Origin: an uncultured Syntrophomonas sp.
GTDB taxonomy: Bacteria > Bacillota > Syntrophomonadia > Syntrophomonadales > Syntrophomonadaceae
Length of the DNA: 62,015 bases
NCBI GenBank assembly: GCA_964584415.1
Contig: CAZOZX010000001.1
Coordinates: 1 to 62,015, forward strand
Reading direction: 5' to 3'
Below, one piece after another: positions 19,995 through 30,235 of this stretch. The translations under genes were made by a program, and so were the position numbers. The notes beneath the pieces are model-generated. The model was not told the origin of the DNA. It worked only from the letters and a program-made list of their open reading frames with translations, and did no database searches. The first letter of the stretch is position 1; every line of letters starts with the position of its first letter.

Positions 19995-20024
19995 ATTTTA
20001 CAATCCTTAATGGCTTAAAGTCAA
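19995..20024 (-). promoter_or_regulatory. candidate sigma-A promoter of rpsU
   Basis: TTGACT (20024-20019), 18 nt, TAAAAT (20000-19995). Confidence 0.5.
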
Positions 20025-20026
20025 GA

Positions 20027-20377
20027 TTATTCGGGAGGCCAACCCATAGGTTTGCCGCCCAGCAAATGATAATGCAGGTGGAAAATAGACTGCCCCCCCC
20101 AGGGACCACAGTTATTTACCAGGCGATAACCATTTTCATCGATACCCTCTTTTTGAGCTAGGCGAGAGGCTAACAACTGTATACGTCCCAATATGTCTGC
20201 ATGTTCCGGACCAGCTGCGTTTAGCGAGGAAACGTGAATTTTAGGAATTATCAATAGATGTACCGGTGCAGCGGGGTTTATGTCTTTTATGGCAACCATA
20301 TATTCGTCTTCGTAAATAAAGTCTGCCGGTATATCCTTGGCCAAAATCCTGCAGAACAAACAATCAGGCGCAGTCAC
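20027..20377 (-). CDS. histidine triad (HIT) nucleotide-binding protein
   Basis: 116 aa. HLHYHLLGG histidine triad. GTG start with GGAGGTG RBS. Confidence 0.9.
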   Translation of the reverse strand: MTAPDCLFCRILAKDIPADFIYEDEYMVAIKDINPAAPVHLLIIPKIHVSSLNAAGPEHADILGRIQLLASRLAQKEGIDENGYRLVNNCGPWGGQSIFHLHYHLLGGKPMGWPPE

Positions 20378-20559
20378 AGTTTTTCACCTCCCTCTGATCA
20401 CCGTAGGCTATATTGTAGAATGGCTCCTAAGAGCAAAAAAAGCTTAATTATAACTTAAAAGGCCATTACTTCTTACATTTTATCAAATAATAGCCGTATT
20501 TCAATAGGCAAGTGTAAATGTTATCCATTACCTATAAATAATCATATCAATGTCTCTTA

Positions 20560-20802
20560 TTAACCCATTCTGGTATCTGAAGAGAGATTTAATCCTTCAA
20601 CTATCTCCTTGAGTTTTTTCACTTCTTCAAAACTCAAACTAACTCCCTTACCTATTTTCTGGTGGTCTGGACCCCAATCGCGGATATCCAATTTTGCCGG
20701 CCGCTGATTCCAACTCACCACGTTAACTTCTTTCTGCCAGCCCTTTGTGCTTTCCGATAAAACACCCAAATTTCTGGTTATTTCATACTGAAAATCTGAC
20801 AC
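20560..20802 (-). CDS. ydbC: YdbC-like PC4-fold ssDNA-binding protein (DUF2128)
   Basis: 80 aa. LSESTKGWQKEVNVVSWNQRPAKLDIRDWGPDHQKIGKGVSLSFEE closely parallels my recollection of B. subtilis YdbC (LSENAKGWRKELNRVSWNDAEPKYDIRTWSPDHEKMGKGITLSEEE). Confidence 0.8.
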   Translation of the reverse strand: MSDFQYEITRNLGVLSESTKGWQKEVNVVSWNQRPAKLDIRDWGPDHQKIGKGVSLSFEEVKKLKEIVEGLNLSSDTRMG

Positions 20803-20930
20803 CGCCGTTCCTCCTTTTCTACCTTTTGGTTAGAGTCACTTCCCGATGGTGACTCCATTAATCATTTCCATTGTTTTTATTTTATTACATTATTCTCCAT
20901 GTGTCATCATTTTTTCCGAACCTACGTTCC

Positions 20931-20959
20931 AAAAAAACACCCGACCAAAATGGCGGGTG
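20931..20959 (-). terminator. intrinsic terminator after the toxin gene
   Basis: CACCCG...CGGGUG hairpin followed by U7, about 30 nt after the toxin stop. Confidence 0.55.
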
Positions 20960-20989
20960 TGATGAAAATATATTCATGATAAGGGCAGT

Positions 20990-21304
20990 TTACAATAGGC
21001 CCGCCCAAATACGCTGCGGCGGTAATATTCGCAGCAGTGAAACGGTTTTGTCTTTTTCCGAGGCAACAAAGAAGATAATATAATTATCCAAACTTAATTT
21101 CCGTATCCCGGCGGTAACTAGTTTCTCGTCATTCACCAAAGAATAGCCAAATGGTCTCAAGGATAGATCGTCATGTGCGTTTTCCAGATCGGCCAGCAAG
21201 CGCTGAGTTAAAATGTCATCCTTACGAACCTTAATAAATTGCTCCATCAATTCCCGCAGATCTCCTCCAGCCGGCTCAGTAACTAAGACCTTAAATTTGC
21301 TCAC
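20990..21304 (-). CDS. type II toxin, RelE/ParE family
   Basis: 104 aa with ParE-like layout (N-terminal DLRELxxF helix, C-terminal VSLLRILPPQR). 4-nt overlap with the upstream antitoxin gene. Confidence 0.8.
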   Translation of the reverse strand: MSKFKVLVTEPAGGDLRELMEQFIKVRKDDILTQRLLADLENAHDDLSLRPFGYSLVNDEKLVTAGIRKLSLDNYIIFFVASEKDKTVSLLRILPPQRIWAGLL

Positions 21305-21564
21305 TCGGTAAGATCCTTCTTTATGTCCTGAAAAGCGCTGCCAAAGGGTTTCAACTTACCCGCCTTAATTGAATCCATGCCTTCATCGAGAAGTTTATAC
21401 AACTCGAATTTGCCAAGCAGATTTTCAAAAGTCTCGATGCTCATGATCACTAAATCCCCATGGCCATTCTTGGTGACGTAAACTGGTTCACTGTACTTGT
21501 GACAAAAATCAGATATTTCATTATATTTGTTCCTGAGGTCGGAACTGGGCCGAATAGATGGCAT
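21301..21564 (-). CDS. type II antitoxin, Phd/YefM family
   Basis: MPSIRPSSDLRNKYNEISDFCHKYSEPVYVTKNGHGDLVIMSIETFENL is typical of Phd/YefM. Start placed at ATG 21564 behind GGGAGGG. The ORF-track start at 21579 lies inside the operator palindrome. Confidence 0.8.
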   Translation of the reverse strand: MPSIRPSSDLRNKYNEISDFCHKYSEPVYVTKNGHGDLVIMSIETFENLLGKFELYKLLDEGMDSIKAGKLKPFGSAFQDIKKDLTE

Positions 21565-21577
21565 AATAAGCCCTCCC

Positions 21578-21623
21578 ATCTGCAGATATGCATATTATAT
21601 CGTTCTTATGATAAAAGAGACAA
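21578..21623 (-). promoter_or_regulatory. TA-operon promoter with tandem palindromic operator candidates
   Basis: TTGTCT (21623-21618), 18 nt, TATAAT (21599-21594). Overlapping or immediately downstream are two perfect 10-bp palindromes, ATATGCATAT (21586-21595) and ATCTGCAGAT (21578-21587). Confidence 0.5.
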
Positions 21624-21683
21624 GCTTATCGGCCCAATTTTTGCAGCAAACTAAACCGGCTTACGATTAGTGTAAGAATGCTT

Positions 21684-22982
21684 TTATTTTCCCGAGCCTA
21701 CTGCAAAATCTGTCGTTGCGGCAATGAGCTTTTGTTTTATTATCTGCCCGATCACATCATCTGGAAATGGAAAATGAACCTCAATATAGTTGTCACTAAG
21801 ACCTGAATAGATATCATCCCGTAAACGTTTCTCGACCAATAGCTCCACTTCTTGTCCTACTGCACCCTGAATATACTGGAGTTTCTTTGCTTGACCCAAG
21901 GCTAAAAGATCCTGGCTGCGCCGGTGTTTGTCCAATGATTCCACCTGGGGCATGATTTCCGCGGCCCTGGTACCCGCCCGGGGTGAATACTGGAAGACAT
22001 GCAGTTCATATATAGGCAGTTCCTCGATCAAGCTGTATGTGTCGGCAAAATCCCGGTCATCCTCGGTTGGGTAACCTACCATTACATCAGCCGTAAAAGC
22101 TGCTCCTGGAATAAGGCTAGCCGTTTTAAGGACCAAACTCCGGTAATACTCATTATTGTAACGGCGGCCCATTGACTTAAGAATTCGATCGCTGCCGCTT
22201 TGTAAAGGAATATGAAAATGCCGGCATATCCTCGTTTCACGCGCGGCCAGCTCCAACAGATTATCATTAATTTCCAAAGGTTCCATAGAGCTCAGCCGAA
22301 TCCGGTATTGACCAGCAACCTCCTGGAGTATCTTCTCCAGTAACCGGGTTACATCCCATCCCCGTATATCCAATCCATACTGGCCGGTATGGATGCCAGT
22401 CAATACTATCTCTTTATACCCTAAGTCAACCAAATTATTTACTTCCGCTATCACATCGCCTGGGATCTTACTGCGTACCGGGCCCCGTGCAAACGGCACA
22501 ATACAATAAGAGCAATAGCTCTGACAACCGTCCTGGATTTTCACGAAGGCCCGGGCACGTTGATGATGGCAGGAATAGAGTTGTGGTTTAAGCCCGGAAT
22601 TTTCTGCCGATGGTGTCAGCCATAGCTTTCGGGCTGGGCTGGCTAAATGTTTATCCACAATCGCACCGATTTGATCTTTACATTGATTGCCTACAATAAG
22701 GTCCAGGCCTTCAATTGCAGAAAGCTGCTCGGCATTAACTTGTGCCATACAACCGGTAGCTACCACCAGCATTCGGGGATTGGTGCGTATTGACCTGCGT
22801 ATCATGGCCCGTGATTTACGGTCACTTATATGGGTAACAGTACAAGTGTTAATGACACAGACATCAGCAGGGTCACCAAATTTAACGATCTGGTAACCCC
22901 GCCTCATGAAATCTTCTATTAGTTGTTCAGTTTCAACCTGGTTCACTTTACAACCCAAGGTGTAAAAAGATACTCGCTTCAT
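21684..22982 (-). CDS. mtaB: tRNA (N6-threonylcarbamoyladenosine-37) methylthiotransferase MtaB
   Basis: 432 aa. UPF0004 N-domain (YTLGCKVNQ), radical SAM CQSYCSYC, TRAM-like C-terminus. YqeV synteny. Confidence 0.9.
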   Translation of the reverse strand: MKRVSFYTLGCKVNQVETEQLIEDFMRRGYQIVKFGDPADVCVINTCTVTHISDRKSRAMIRRSIRTNPRMLVVATGCMAQVNAEQLSAIEGLDLIVGNQCKDQIGAIVDKHLASPARKLWLTPSAENSGLKPQLYSCHHQRARAFVKIQDGCQSYCSYCIVPFARGPVRSKIPGDVIAEVNNLVDLGYKEIVLTGIHTGQYGLDIRGWDVTRLLEKILQEVAGQYRIRLSSMEPLEINDNLLELAARETRICRHFHIPLQSGSDRILKSMGRRYNNEYYRSLVLKTASLIPGAAFTADVMVGYPTEDDRDFADTYSLIEELPIYELHVFQYSPRAGTRAAEIMPQVESLDKHRRSQDLLALGQAKKLQYIQGAVGQEVELLVEKRLRDDIYSGLSDNYIEVHFPFPDDVIGQIIKQKLIAATTDFAVGSGK

Positions 22983-23034
22983 TCTCTCTTCCTTGCCGGG
23001 CTTTATATCCTGGATGACTGTTTATCCTGCCAGT

Positions 23035-23958
23035 CTACAACCGGCGCGCAGCTACTCCAATCCAATCTATATCCTGCAGCACTTGCTCTATTGTTAAACC
23101 GTTGTCTTCCAGGGCTTGTTTTACTGATGGCCAGCGGCTGTCAACGATGCCGGAGCCAAAGAAATACCCCCCACTGGTCAGAACCTGAGCAGCCTCTGGT
23201 ATCAGTTCTGCGACCACTTCCGCGGTTATATTGGCCAGAACCATATCAGCCTTCCGCCCCCGGATACTCTCTACAATATCCCCGGCCTGTACCTCGATCC
23301 GGTCCGTCAGATCATTTAAAGCTGCATTTTCTCGAGCTATTCGAACCGCCAAATCATCTATATCCATGGCAAATACACCAATTGCCCCCAATTTCATGGC
23401 TGCAATCGATAGTATTCCCGATCCGCATCCGGCATCAATAACCTGTTCCCCGCCCTTTACGTATTGATCCAGAAACCGCAGGCAAAAGCGAGTGGAAGCA
23501 TGAATGCCGGTACCAAACGCCATCCCCGGATCTATGTTTACTACCACTTCACCCTTACTGGTCAGGTATTCCTCCCAGGACGGTTTTATAACCAGGCGTT
23601 CACCTATTTTGAAGGCATGATAATACTTTTTCCAGGTCTCTTCCCAGTCTTCATTTCGGACCTCATCAACAAATACCGGGCATTTCACCTGGAAATTGCT
23701 TTCTACGGCTTCGATTGCTTTGGTAAAAGACTCGAGAACATCCCGCTCTTCCGGGAAATACGCTTTTACCACTACAAATTCATGACTCAGAAAATCTTCC
23801 GACACCAACTCGGGTTTCCACTTTCCTTCGTTTACATACTTCCGAGCCGCCTGCGGGTCTTCTATAATTACACCACCTGAACCCATATTGTGGAATATTC
23901 CTGCAATTGCTTCCACACATACGCCTTCAGTAAGTACACTAAATTCTTTCCAATTCAC
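23035..23958 (-). CDS. prmA: ribosomal protein L11 methyltransferase
   Basis: 307 aa. SAM-binding VIDAGCGSGILS. Conserved position after dnaJ. Confidence 0.95.
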   Translation of the reverse strand: MNWKEFSVLTEGVCVEAIAGIFHNMGSGGVIIEDPQAARKYVNEGKWKPELVSEDFLSHEFVVVKAYFPEERDVLESFTKAIEAVESNFQVKCPVFVDEVRNEDWEETWKKYYHAFKIGERLVIKPSWEEYLTSKGEVVVNIDPGMAFGTGIHASTRFCLRFLDQYVKGGEQVIDAGCGSGILSIAAMKLGAIGVFAMDIDDLAVRIARENAALNDLTDRIEVQAGDIVESIRGRKADMVLANITAEVVAELIPEAAQVLTSGGYFFGSGIVDSRWPSVKQALEDNGLTIEQVLQDIDWIGVAARRL

Positions 23959-23973
23959 AGTACCCGACTCCTT

Positions 23974-25089
23974 TTAACCCATAGCATCTTTCAATTTATC
24001 AAACAAACCCTTCTTGGATTCCTTGTCTTCGCCTTCATTGAATAACGAGGATAAAAGATCCTTTTGCCTTTTATTCAGGCGGGTCGGTATTTTTACATTG
24101 ATCCGCACTTTCAAGTCGCCATTGCGGTGACCCTGTAGATGGGGTATTCCTTTGTTTTTTACAGTCAGTATATCCCCTGGCTGGGTTCCTTCCGGGACAT
24201 GCAGAATATGGCTATCACCCCGTAATAATGGCACCTCTATTTCAGCTCCTAAAGCTGCCTGGACCATATTTACCTCGAGATCGCACAACAAAGTATAACG
24301 GTCTCTCTTAAACCGAGCATGGCTCTTAACGACCACCACAATATACAGATCCCCCGGCGGACCACCCAGAATACCTTCTTCTCCTTCACCCTGTATTCTT
24401 AACCGAGCCCCGGTGTCTATACCAGCTGGTATTCTTACATTAATATTGCGTTTGCGTTTGACCTTGCCCCTACCCTTGCATGCGGTACATGGTTTTTCAA
24501 TGATTTGGCCTTCTCCATTACACCGGCTGCAGGTATGAGTAGTCTCAAACCGTCCGAACGGTGTGTTTTGCACTGATCGCACCTTCCCGGTGCCATTGCA
24601 CTGGGGACAGGTATTCACATTGGATCCTGGTTCGGCTCCGGTCCCATCGCACTTTTCGCAGCTTTCTACCCGCATGATATCCATCTCTTTTTCCGCTCCG
24701 AAAACGGCATCCTCAAAAGTGATATCCAAACGGATTTCCCGGTCTGCGCCTCGCTGTGGGCCTCTCCGGCGTTGGCCTCCACCCCCAAAGAACATATCGA
24801 ATATATCGCCAAATCCACCCATGCCGCCAAAGTCCGTGAAACCGCCGCCCATGCGGTTGGGATCAAAAGCATCATGTCCATATTGATCATAGGCTGCTTT
24901 CTTCTGCGGATCACTCAAGACTTCATAAGCTTCAGCAACTTCCTTGAACTTCTCGGCAGCATTCTCATCCTCTTTATTGACATCGGGATGATATTTTTTG
25001 GCTTTCTGCCGATAAGCTTTTTTTATTTCCTCCGGCGAAGCCGTTTTGGCAATCCCCAAAACCTCATAATAGTCACGCTTGGAGGCCAT
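23974..25089 (-). CDS. dnaJ: molecular chaperone DnaJ
   Basis: 371 aa. J domain with HPD, G/F region, four CxxCxGxG zinc repeats. Confidence 0.95.
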   Translation of the reverse strand: MASKRDYYEVLGIAKTASPEEIKKAYRQKAKKYHPDVNKEDENAAEKFKEVAEAYEVLSDPQKKAAYDQYGHDAFDPNRMGGGFTDFGGMGGFGDIFDMFFGGGGQRRRGPQRGADREIRLDITFEDAVFGAEKEMDIMRVESCEKCDGTGAEPGSNVNTCPQCNGTGKVRSVQNTPFGRFETTHTCSRCNGEGQIIEKPCTACKGRGKVKRKRNINVRIPAGIDTGARLRIQGEGEEGILGGPPGDLYIVVVVKSHARFKRDRYTLLCDLEVNMVQAALGAEIEVPLLRGDSHILHVPEGTQPGDILTVKNKGIPHLQGHRNGDLKVRINVKIPTRLNKRQKDLLSSLFNEGEDKESKKGLFDKLKDAMG

Positions 25090-25119
25090 TATTACCCACC
25101 TTCCTGATAAACCTTAAAC

Positions 25120-26937
25120 CTATTTCCCGCCCTTTTCATCGTCTGAGATATTGTAATCGGCGTCAATAATATCTTCTTCTTCGCTACTGCTGCCCGGTTC
25201 CGGATTGGCATTCTGATACATTTTGCTGGTAAAAGCATACATAGCCTTCGTCAACGCCTCAGTCTTGGCTTCGATATCGTCAATATCGTCCCCTGCCAAA
25301 GCCTTTTGCAGCTCTTCTTTGGCGTTATTAACCGCGGTCCGGTCGGCTTCGTCTATTTTATCTTCAAACTCTTTCAGATTTTTGTCAACTTGGTAAATGA
25401 TGCTGTCGGCAGCATTGCGAGCCTCAATTTCCTTGAAGCGTTGGCTGTCTTCCTCGGCAAATTTTTCAGCATCTTTGACCATACGTTCAATATCATCATC
25501 GCTTAGGCCACTTGATGATGTTATGGTAATTTTCTGCTCTTTGTTGGTAGCCATATCCTTGGCAGTTACATTGACGATGCCGTTAACATCGATGTCGAAC
25601 TTGACTTCTATTTGCGGTACTCCCCGCGGAGCCGGGGGAATTCCTGTCAATTGGAACCGGCCCAGGGTTACATTATGTTGTGCCAGTTTTCTTTCTCCCT
25701 GCAGAACATGGATGTCAACCGATGGTTGGTTGTCAGCTGCGGTTGTAAACACCTGACTCTTGGAGACCGGGATGGTGGTATTGCGTTCAATAATCCTGGT
25801 AAATACTCCCCCCAGAGTCTCAATCCCCAATGACAAGGGGGTAACGTCCAACAGCACGACATCGGTAACCTCACCAGTCAATACCCCGGCTTGAATAGCC
25901 GCCCCTAAGGCCACTACCTCGTCCGGATTGATGCCCTTAAAAGGCTCTTTGCCGGTATAAGTTTTAACCGCTTCCTGCACTGCAGGTACCCGGGTTGATC
26001 CTCCCACCAGGATAACCTTATCCAAATCAGATGCCTTGAGATTGGCATCCTTCATCGCCTGTTTCATCGGCCCGACCGTTTTTTCTACCAGATCAGCAGT
26101 CATTTCATTAAAACGAGCCCTGGTCAGGGTTCTTTCCAGATGCAGAGGGCCATCCTGGTTGGCTGTGATATAAGGTATGTTAATATCTACACTCATTAGA
26201 CTGGATAATTCATGTTTGGCTTTCTCGGCCGCTTCTTTAAGGCGGTGCATAGCCATTTTATCTTTGGTTAAATCAACCCCGTTATCTTTCTTGAATTCAT
26301 CTGCCAGCCAATTTATGACTCTCTCATCAAAATCATCACCACCCAAGCGGTTGTTGCCGCTGGTAGCTTTAACCTCGAAGGTGCCGTCCCCGATCTCCAA
26401 TATGGATACGTCAAAGGTGCCTCCGCCCAAATCAAATACCATAATGGTCTGGCTTTCTTCTTTATCCATCCCATAAGCGAGCGCTGCCGCCGTCGGTTCG
26501 TTGATTATGCGCAATACTTCCAGTCCGGCAATTGTTCCGGCATCCTTGGTAGCCTGGCGCTGGGCATCAGTAAAATAGGCCGGAACCGTAATAACCGCCT
26601 GGGTTATTTTTTGACCTAAATAACTCTCCGCATCTGTTTTCAATTTTTGCAATATCATTGCGGATATTTCAGGGGGGGAATACTTTTTACCTTCGATGCT
26701 GACTTTATAGTCGGTACCCATATGTCTTTTAATAGAAGAAACCGTTCTTTCCGGATTGGTGGTAGCTTGCCTTTTAGCCACCCGGCCTACCAACCGCTCT
26801 CCGGTTTTTGAAAAACCAACTACCGACGGGGTAATTCTTTCCCCCTCGATGTTGTTAATTACTACTGCTTCTCCACCTTCCATTACTGCTATGACCGAGT
26901 TCGTGGTACCCAGGTCAATTCCGACAACTCTTCCCAT
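25120..26937 (-). CDS. dnaK: molecular chaperone DnaK (Hsp70)
   Basis: 605 aa. [17 protein letters not shown] and other Hsp70 signatures. Confidence 0.97.
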   Translation of the reverse strand: MGRVVGIDLGTTNSVIAVMEGGEAVVINNIEGERITPSVVGFSKTGERLVGRVAKRQATTNPERTVSSIKRHMGTDYKVSIEGKKYSPPEISAMILQKLKTDAESYLGQKITQAVITVPAYFTDAQRQATKDAGTIAGLEVLRIINEPTAAALAYGMDKEESQTIMVFDLGGGTFDVSILEIGDGTFEVKATSGNNRLGGDDFDERVINWLADEFKKDNGVDLTKDKMAMHRLKEAAEKAKHELSSLMSVDINIPYITANQDGPLHLERTLTRARFNEMTADLVEKTVGPMKQAMKDANLKASDLDKVILVGGSTRVPAVQEAVKTYTGKEPFKGINPDEVVALGAAIQAGVLTGEVTDVVLLDVTPLSLGIETLGGVFTRIIERNTTIPVSKSQVFTTAADNQPSVDIHVLQGERKLAQHNVTLGRFQLTGIPPAPRGVPQIEVKFDIDVNGIVNVTAKDMATNKEQKITITSSSGLSDDDIERMVKDAEKFAEEDSQRFKEIEARNAADSIIYQVDKNLKEFEDKIDEADRTAVNNAKEELQKALAGDDIDDIEAKTEALTKAMYAFTSKMYQNANPEPGSSSEEEDIIDADYNISDDEKGGK

Positions 26938-26956
26938 TTGAAGACACCTCCAATAT

Positions 26957-27499
26957 TTATGAGCTAACCTTCACCAGGCTAGGTCTAATTACCCTATCAT
27001 GCATCACATATCCGGTTTGAAATTGTTCAATGACGGTATTTTGCGGATGCTGGTCACTTTCTTCTACGGTTAATGCCTCATGGTACTGGGGATCGAAAGG
27101 TTGACCCACACTCTGTATCGCGGTTACCCCCTCACCCTTTAATACCTCGTCCAGCCTATTGGCTATCATCTCCACACCTTTTACTATAGCTTCCATATCT
27201 CTCGTGGAATGTGCTCCTTCCATTGCTCGGTGCAGGTCATCGATGATAGGCAGGATTTTCTTAACCATACTGACATTAGCATATTTTAAGTATTCCTCCC
27301 GGTCCCGGGCACTTCGTTTCTTGGTATTCTCTACTTCCGCCAGGGCCCGAAGGTAATTATCGTAGTTTTTCTGGGCTGTTTCCTTTTGCCTTAACAATTC
27401 CTCTTTAAGGATTTCCTCGGGGCTCTTATCTACAGTCGGTTTTATGTCCTGCCCGGTCTCATTTTCCTCAACTGTTTTCTCTTGTAAGTTTTCTTCCAT
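26957..27499 (-). CDS. grpE: nucleotide exchange factor GrpE
   Basis: 180 aa. Coiled-coil N-terminus, conserved C-terminal GYxxxDRVIRPSxV. Confidence 0.95.
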   Translation of the reverse strand: MEENLQEKTVEENETGQDIKPTVDKSPEEILKEELLRQKETAQKNYDNYLRALAEVENTKKRSARDREEYLKYANVSMVKKILPIIDDLHRAMEGAHSTRDMEAIVKGVEMIANRLDEVLKGEGVTAIQSVGQPFDPQYHEALTVEESDQHPQNTVIEQFQTGYVMHDRVIRPSLVKVSS

Positions 27500-27514
27500 T
27501 TTCTATAGTCACCT

Positions 27515-29071
27515 CTATTCTATTGAATCCTCGTTGTTAAATTCCTCATTCTTCATTTTGATAATGGAATCGATCCTTAAAATTGCGGTAGCTACCTCCC
27601 CAGCGGTTTTTACTGCTTGAATCTTAACCAGGGTAGGGTCAATAATACCTTGGGCCATGGCATCTATTAAGCCGCCTCCTTCACAATCCAGGGCAATGCT
27701 GTCAAGCCCCTTCCGGTTTTGCTCAGCAATAATCTCACTTATTTTCTCCAAGGGATTATAACCAGCATTAGCTGCTATACAAGCAAACGGTCTCTGCAGC
27801 GCCTCTTTAACCACTGCCACACCATAGGATACCATACCTTTTAACTCCCCGGCCAGGCTATCAAGCTGCTGCGATACCCAAATTTCGATCGTTCCGCCCC
27901 CAGGCACCACACCTTTTTGTACAGCTGCCTGAACTGCGGCAGCGGCGTCCCGGGCAATGCGTTCCTTTTCATCGGCCACTTCCTCGGTAGCGGCTCCAAC
28001 CAGAATGGTGGCTTGAGCTATTCCCTGGCCGCCTAAAATCGCAATACTGCCTAGTTTTTCATTAACCTGTACCTGGTTGGCATGACCCAGGTAACCAGCC
28101 AACTGATCTTCAGGGCGATTTAATCCGCTTCTTTTAATTTTATGAGCCCCGGTATGTTTACATACCCGGTCCAACTCGCGCCTCGATACTCTATGTACTG
28201 CCAGAACATTGTTCTCTGTAAATATTTGCTCACCAATCTCATCTATACTGCGGTCTACTAATACCAGGTTAACACCCATTGAACAAATTTTGCGCAAATT
28301 GGCTTCATATCGCTTCCGATTTTCAAGGTAATGCTGAAATCCGGCTTCAGTCTTTTTGGATTCATTATCTATGTCTTCGGGGCTTAGGGCATCATCAACT
28401 ACTAATATTTTGATTCCTGAAATATCATGGGGCATTTCATTATTAAGCGGGACCCGGTTAATAATGGTTCCCATAAAAACCCGGTTTGTGGCACCTTCTC
28501 GAGCTGACACCGCATCAGCAAATTTGTAGTCGGGATCCAGTAACTTTCCCTGACCCACTATCTTAGCCCCTTCAATAATCAAGGCAGCTAGTTCCTTTTG
28601 ATCGCGGCCGGCGGTGGCAGCCACATTGAGGAGAATAGAATCCTCAACCGAATCAATCACCCGGCTCCGTTCTTCCAGGAGTGCAATACTACGTTCGATT
28701 CCAAGTTTTATACCCTGAATAACCTGGGTGACGGGGACCCCTTTTATCACCTGATTAGCACCCTCAACCACTAGTGCCCCGGCCAGAATAGTAGCCGTGG
28801 TGGTACCATCCCCAACCTCAGCCTGTTGAGCCCGGGCGGCGTTAATTATCATCCGGGCGGCAGGATGATTTACAGCCATAAGTTTTAATATGGTAACCCC
28901 ATCATTACTTATGACAACGTCTCCCAAGTTCCCAACCATCATAATATCCAAGCCTTTGGGGCCTATAGTGCCTTCAATGGTTTGAGCAACCAGACGGGCG
29001 GCATTGGCATTACTCAACAGCGCTTGTACTTTTTCATCTATCTCGCCCTTTGAGTTATTCTTATCAGGCAT
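27515..29071 (-). CDS. thermosome/CCT-like (group II-like, 'group III') chaperonin
   Basis: 518 aa. TIGPKGLDIMMV, ISNDGVTILKLMAVNHPAARM, EVGDGTTTATILAG resemble archaeal thermosome/CCT more than GroEL. Sits 36 nt after hrcA and 15 nt before grpE. Confidence 0.85.
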   Translation of the reverse strand: MPDKNNSKGEIDEKVQALLSNANAARLVAQTIEGTIGPKGLDIMMVGNLGDVVISNDGVTILKLMAVNHPAARMIINAARAQQAEVGDGTTTATILAGALVVEGANQVIKGVPVTQVIQGIKLGIERSIALLEERSRVIDSVEDSILLNVAATAGRDQKELAALIIEGAKIVGQGKLLDPDYKFADAVSAREGATNRVFMGTIINRVPLNNEMPHDISGIKILVVDDALSPEDIDNESKKTEAGFQHYLENRKRYEANLRKICSMGVNLVLVDRSIDEIGEQIFTENNVLAVHRVSRRELDRVCKHTGAHKIKRSGLNRPEDQLAGYLGHANQVQVNEKLGSIAILGGQGIAQATILVGAATEEVADEKERIARDAAAAVQAAVQKGVVPGGGTIEIWVSQQLDSLAGELKGMVSYGVAVVKEALQRPFACIAANAGYNPLEKISEIIAEQNRKGLDSIALDCEGGGLIDAMAQGIIDPTLVKIQAVKTAGEVATAILRIDSIIKMKNEEFNNEDSIE

Positions 29072-29107
29072 AGCTACTCCTTATGATTTCCAATCGAAAA
29101 AGGCTCT

Positions 29108-30139
29108 TTATCTAAGTCCCCTATGATTAAGAATCTCATCTATGATACGACTGACTGATTGTACCGTTCCAGCCGCCTTCCAATATTCCATTCTTACTGG
29201 GCCAATTACACCCATCTTTCCCATTTCACCTGCGGTTTTATAACCTGCAAAAACCAGGCTCATCTCTTTAATTTCCTCGTTTTTGTTTTCTCTGCCAATC
29301 CTGATATCGACCCCTTCGGTTATTTGGTCGGGGATAATATCTTTTAGCTGGCCATCCTCTTCAAAAATGGATAGAACTTTTTTCAGCTTCTCCAAATCCT
29401 TGAATTCAGGTTCTTTAATAATGTTAAGCGCCCCGGTGATTATCACCCGGTCATCCTGCGATTGACCCAGGAGGTTATCGATGGCTTCCAAGGCCTTTTC
29501 AATAACCGTGCGGCGGCTCTTTATCTCATCGCGTAATACCATCAGGTCACTGCGCTGCAGTTCATGCATTTTTTTACCCCTTAGAGCATGATTAAACAAA
29601 TCTCCGATTGTTTTGAGATCATCGGGTTGCAATGAAGATGGGATGGTAATACGGCGATGCAGCATAATACCGATGTCAGTTACCAATAGAACTATCGCCT
29701 GCCCCTCCTGAATAGGAATAATCTGCAGACTGTGAAATTGGCTCAATTTGACTGAAGGGACTATTATAAAGGAAGCGTAATTGGTGACTTGAGACAGAAA
29801 ATGACCTACCCTTTGGACAACGTCATTCCATTCCTGAATGCGGTCATCCAAGGCCTGGTGGAGGAGATCAATTTCCTCATCACTGGGTATCTCGTTTTCC
29901 ATCATAAAGTCTACATAATATCGAAATCCTTTTTCTGAGGGTATCCGCCCAGCTGAGGTATGCGGTTGTTCAAGGTAACCCATTTCCTCCAGGTCAGCCA
30001 TTTCATTCCTGACGGTGGCAGCGCTGATATTCAGCCCGTGCTTTTTAACTACTGCCCGGGATCCTACTGGTTCAGCCGTAAAGACATAGTCCTTAATTAT
30101 TGATTCGAGTATGCGCCTTTGTCTTTCGGTTAATGACAT
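29108..30139 (-). CDS. hrcA: heat-inducible transcription repressor HrcA
   Basis: HrcA family ([18 protein letters not shown]...). Start placed at ATG 30139. The ORF-track GTG at 30163 lies inside the CIRCE element. Confidence 0.9.
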   Translation of the reverse strand: MSLTERQRRILESIIKDYVFTAEPVGSRAVVKKHGLNISAATVRNEMADLEEMGYLEQPHTSAGRIPSEKGFRYYVDFMMENEIPSDEEIDLLHQALDDRIQEWNDVVQRVGHFLSQVTNYASFIIVPSVKLSQFHSLQIIPIQEGQAIVLLVTDIGIMLHRRITIPSSLQPDDLKTIGDLFNHALRGKKMHELQRSDLMVLRDEIKSRRTVIEKALEAIDNLLGQSQDDRVIITGALNIIKEPEFKDLEKLKKVLSIFEEDGQLKDIIPDQITEGVDIRIGRENKNEEIKEMSLVFAGYKTAGEMGKMGVIGPVRMEYWKAAGTVQSVSRIIDEILNHRGLR

Positions 30140-30156
30140 CACTTTCACCCGCCCTG

Positions 30157-30183
30157 TTAGCACTCTCTTCCTTCGAGTGCTAA
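30157..30183. promoter_or_regulatory. CIRCE operator (HrcA binding site)
   Basis: Perfect TTAGCACTC-N9-GAGTGCTAA inverted repeat between the promoter and the hrcA start. Confidence 0.92.
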
Positions 30184-30197
30184 TTACAGTTTCTTAA

Positions 30198-30226
30198 AAA
30201 ATATCATGTGCCCGGTTGGTTGTCAA
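30198..30226 (-). promoter_or_regulatory. sigma-A promoter of the hrcA-cpn-grpE-dnaK-dnaJ operon
   Basis: TTGACA (30226-30221), 17 nt, TATTTT (30203-30198), immediately upstream of CIRCE. Confidence 0.6.
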
Positions 30227-30235
30227 GCCATTGTC

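Noticed and set aside
22923-23441. 172-aa plus-strand ORF, with further 78-138-aa ORFs up to 23880, antisense to mtaB/prmA
   Set aside because: It lies entirely inside or opposite strongly conserved prmA and mtaB coding sequence. The composition is Pro/Leu/Ser-rich and low in complexity, there is no RBS, and no family is recognisable. This is a typical antisense shadow ORF.
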